Part shown: positions 44,529 through 44,647 of the stretch, in pieces
How the letters are laid out: every line of letters starts with the position of its first letter
Numbering within the stretch: position 1 is the first letter of the stretch
From: an uncultured Acidobacteriota bacterium
Lineage (GTDB): Bacteria; Acidobacteriota; UBA6911; RPQK01; JAPXNP01
Assembly: GCA_963777605.1 (NCBI GenBank)
Contig: CAVZRV010000016.1
Span: 1 to 44,647 of the forward strand
Direction of reading: 5' to 3'
Length of the DNA: 44,647 nucleotides
Notes under the pieces: generated by a model
Told to the model about the DNA's origin: nothing
What the model saw: the letters and a program-made list of their open reading frames with translations, nothing else
Database searches by the model: none
Program-made: the position numbers and the translations under genes

Positions 44529-44647
44529 TGCGTCGGCTGGTTGGCCCGCTGTGGATTTCCTTCAAGAGTCCCGCCGCCGAAGCTCCGGTTGAGTGAGCGA
44601 TCCTTTGGAGAGGGCCACGAGGGATTCGTCTAACCTGATCAATTGTT

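Noticed and set aside
2898-44536. Target-site duplication around the IS6 copies or the composite unit
   Set aside because: The flanks GTGGAGCG / TTACACCC and GACTGGGT / TGCGTCGG do not match in any pairing.

Overview
This 44.6 kb bacterial window probably comes from an Acidobacteriota-like genome. That is inferred from the GWxTD protein, the Oar-type TonB receptor and repeated CRTAC1/ASPIC-UnbV plus TPR modules. About three quarters of the genes are broken by small indels, most likely long-read or assembly error, so many coordinates join several ORF fragments. Two internally deleted IS6 elements in the same orientation (2906-3251 and 44145-44528) bracket a ~41 kb cluster for nucleoside and modified-pentose use. 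The cluster holds five nucleoside hydrolases with signal-peptide-like N-termini, a TonB-dependent receptor, a GRP-type sugar permease, ribokinase, phosphopentomutase, dGTPase, MtnK, two different MtnA isomerases and an RpiR regulator. It also carries a corrinoid methyltransferase set (MtaB-like, MtaC-like, UroD/MtaA-family, PocR-AraC regulator). The most notable feature is an operon of a split transketolase-like enzyme and a KDDH-type RuBisCO-like protein of the Rhodospirillum rubrum MTRu-1P isomerase kind. The transketolase lacks the His that binds the donor C1-OH. This suggests an undescribed route that cleaves 1-methylthio- or 1-deoxy-xylulose-5-P instead of using the known cupin or aldolase steps. 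Several IS remnants (IS200, IS91/integrase, IS3) and a dispersed 24-bp repeat mark module junctions. No rRNA, tRNA or CRISPR array was seen.
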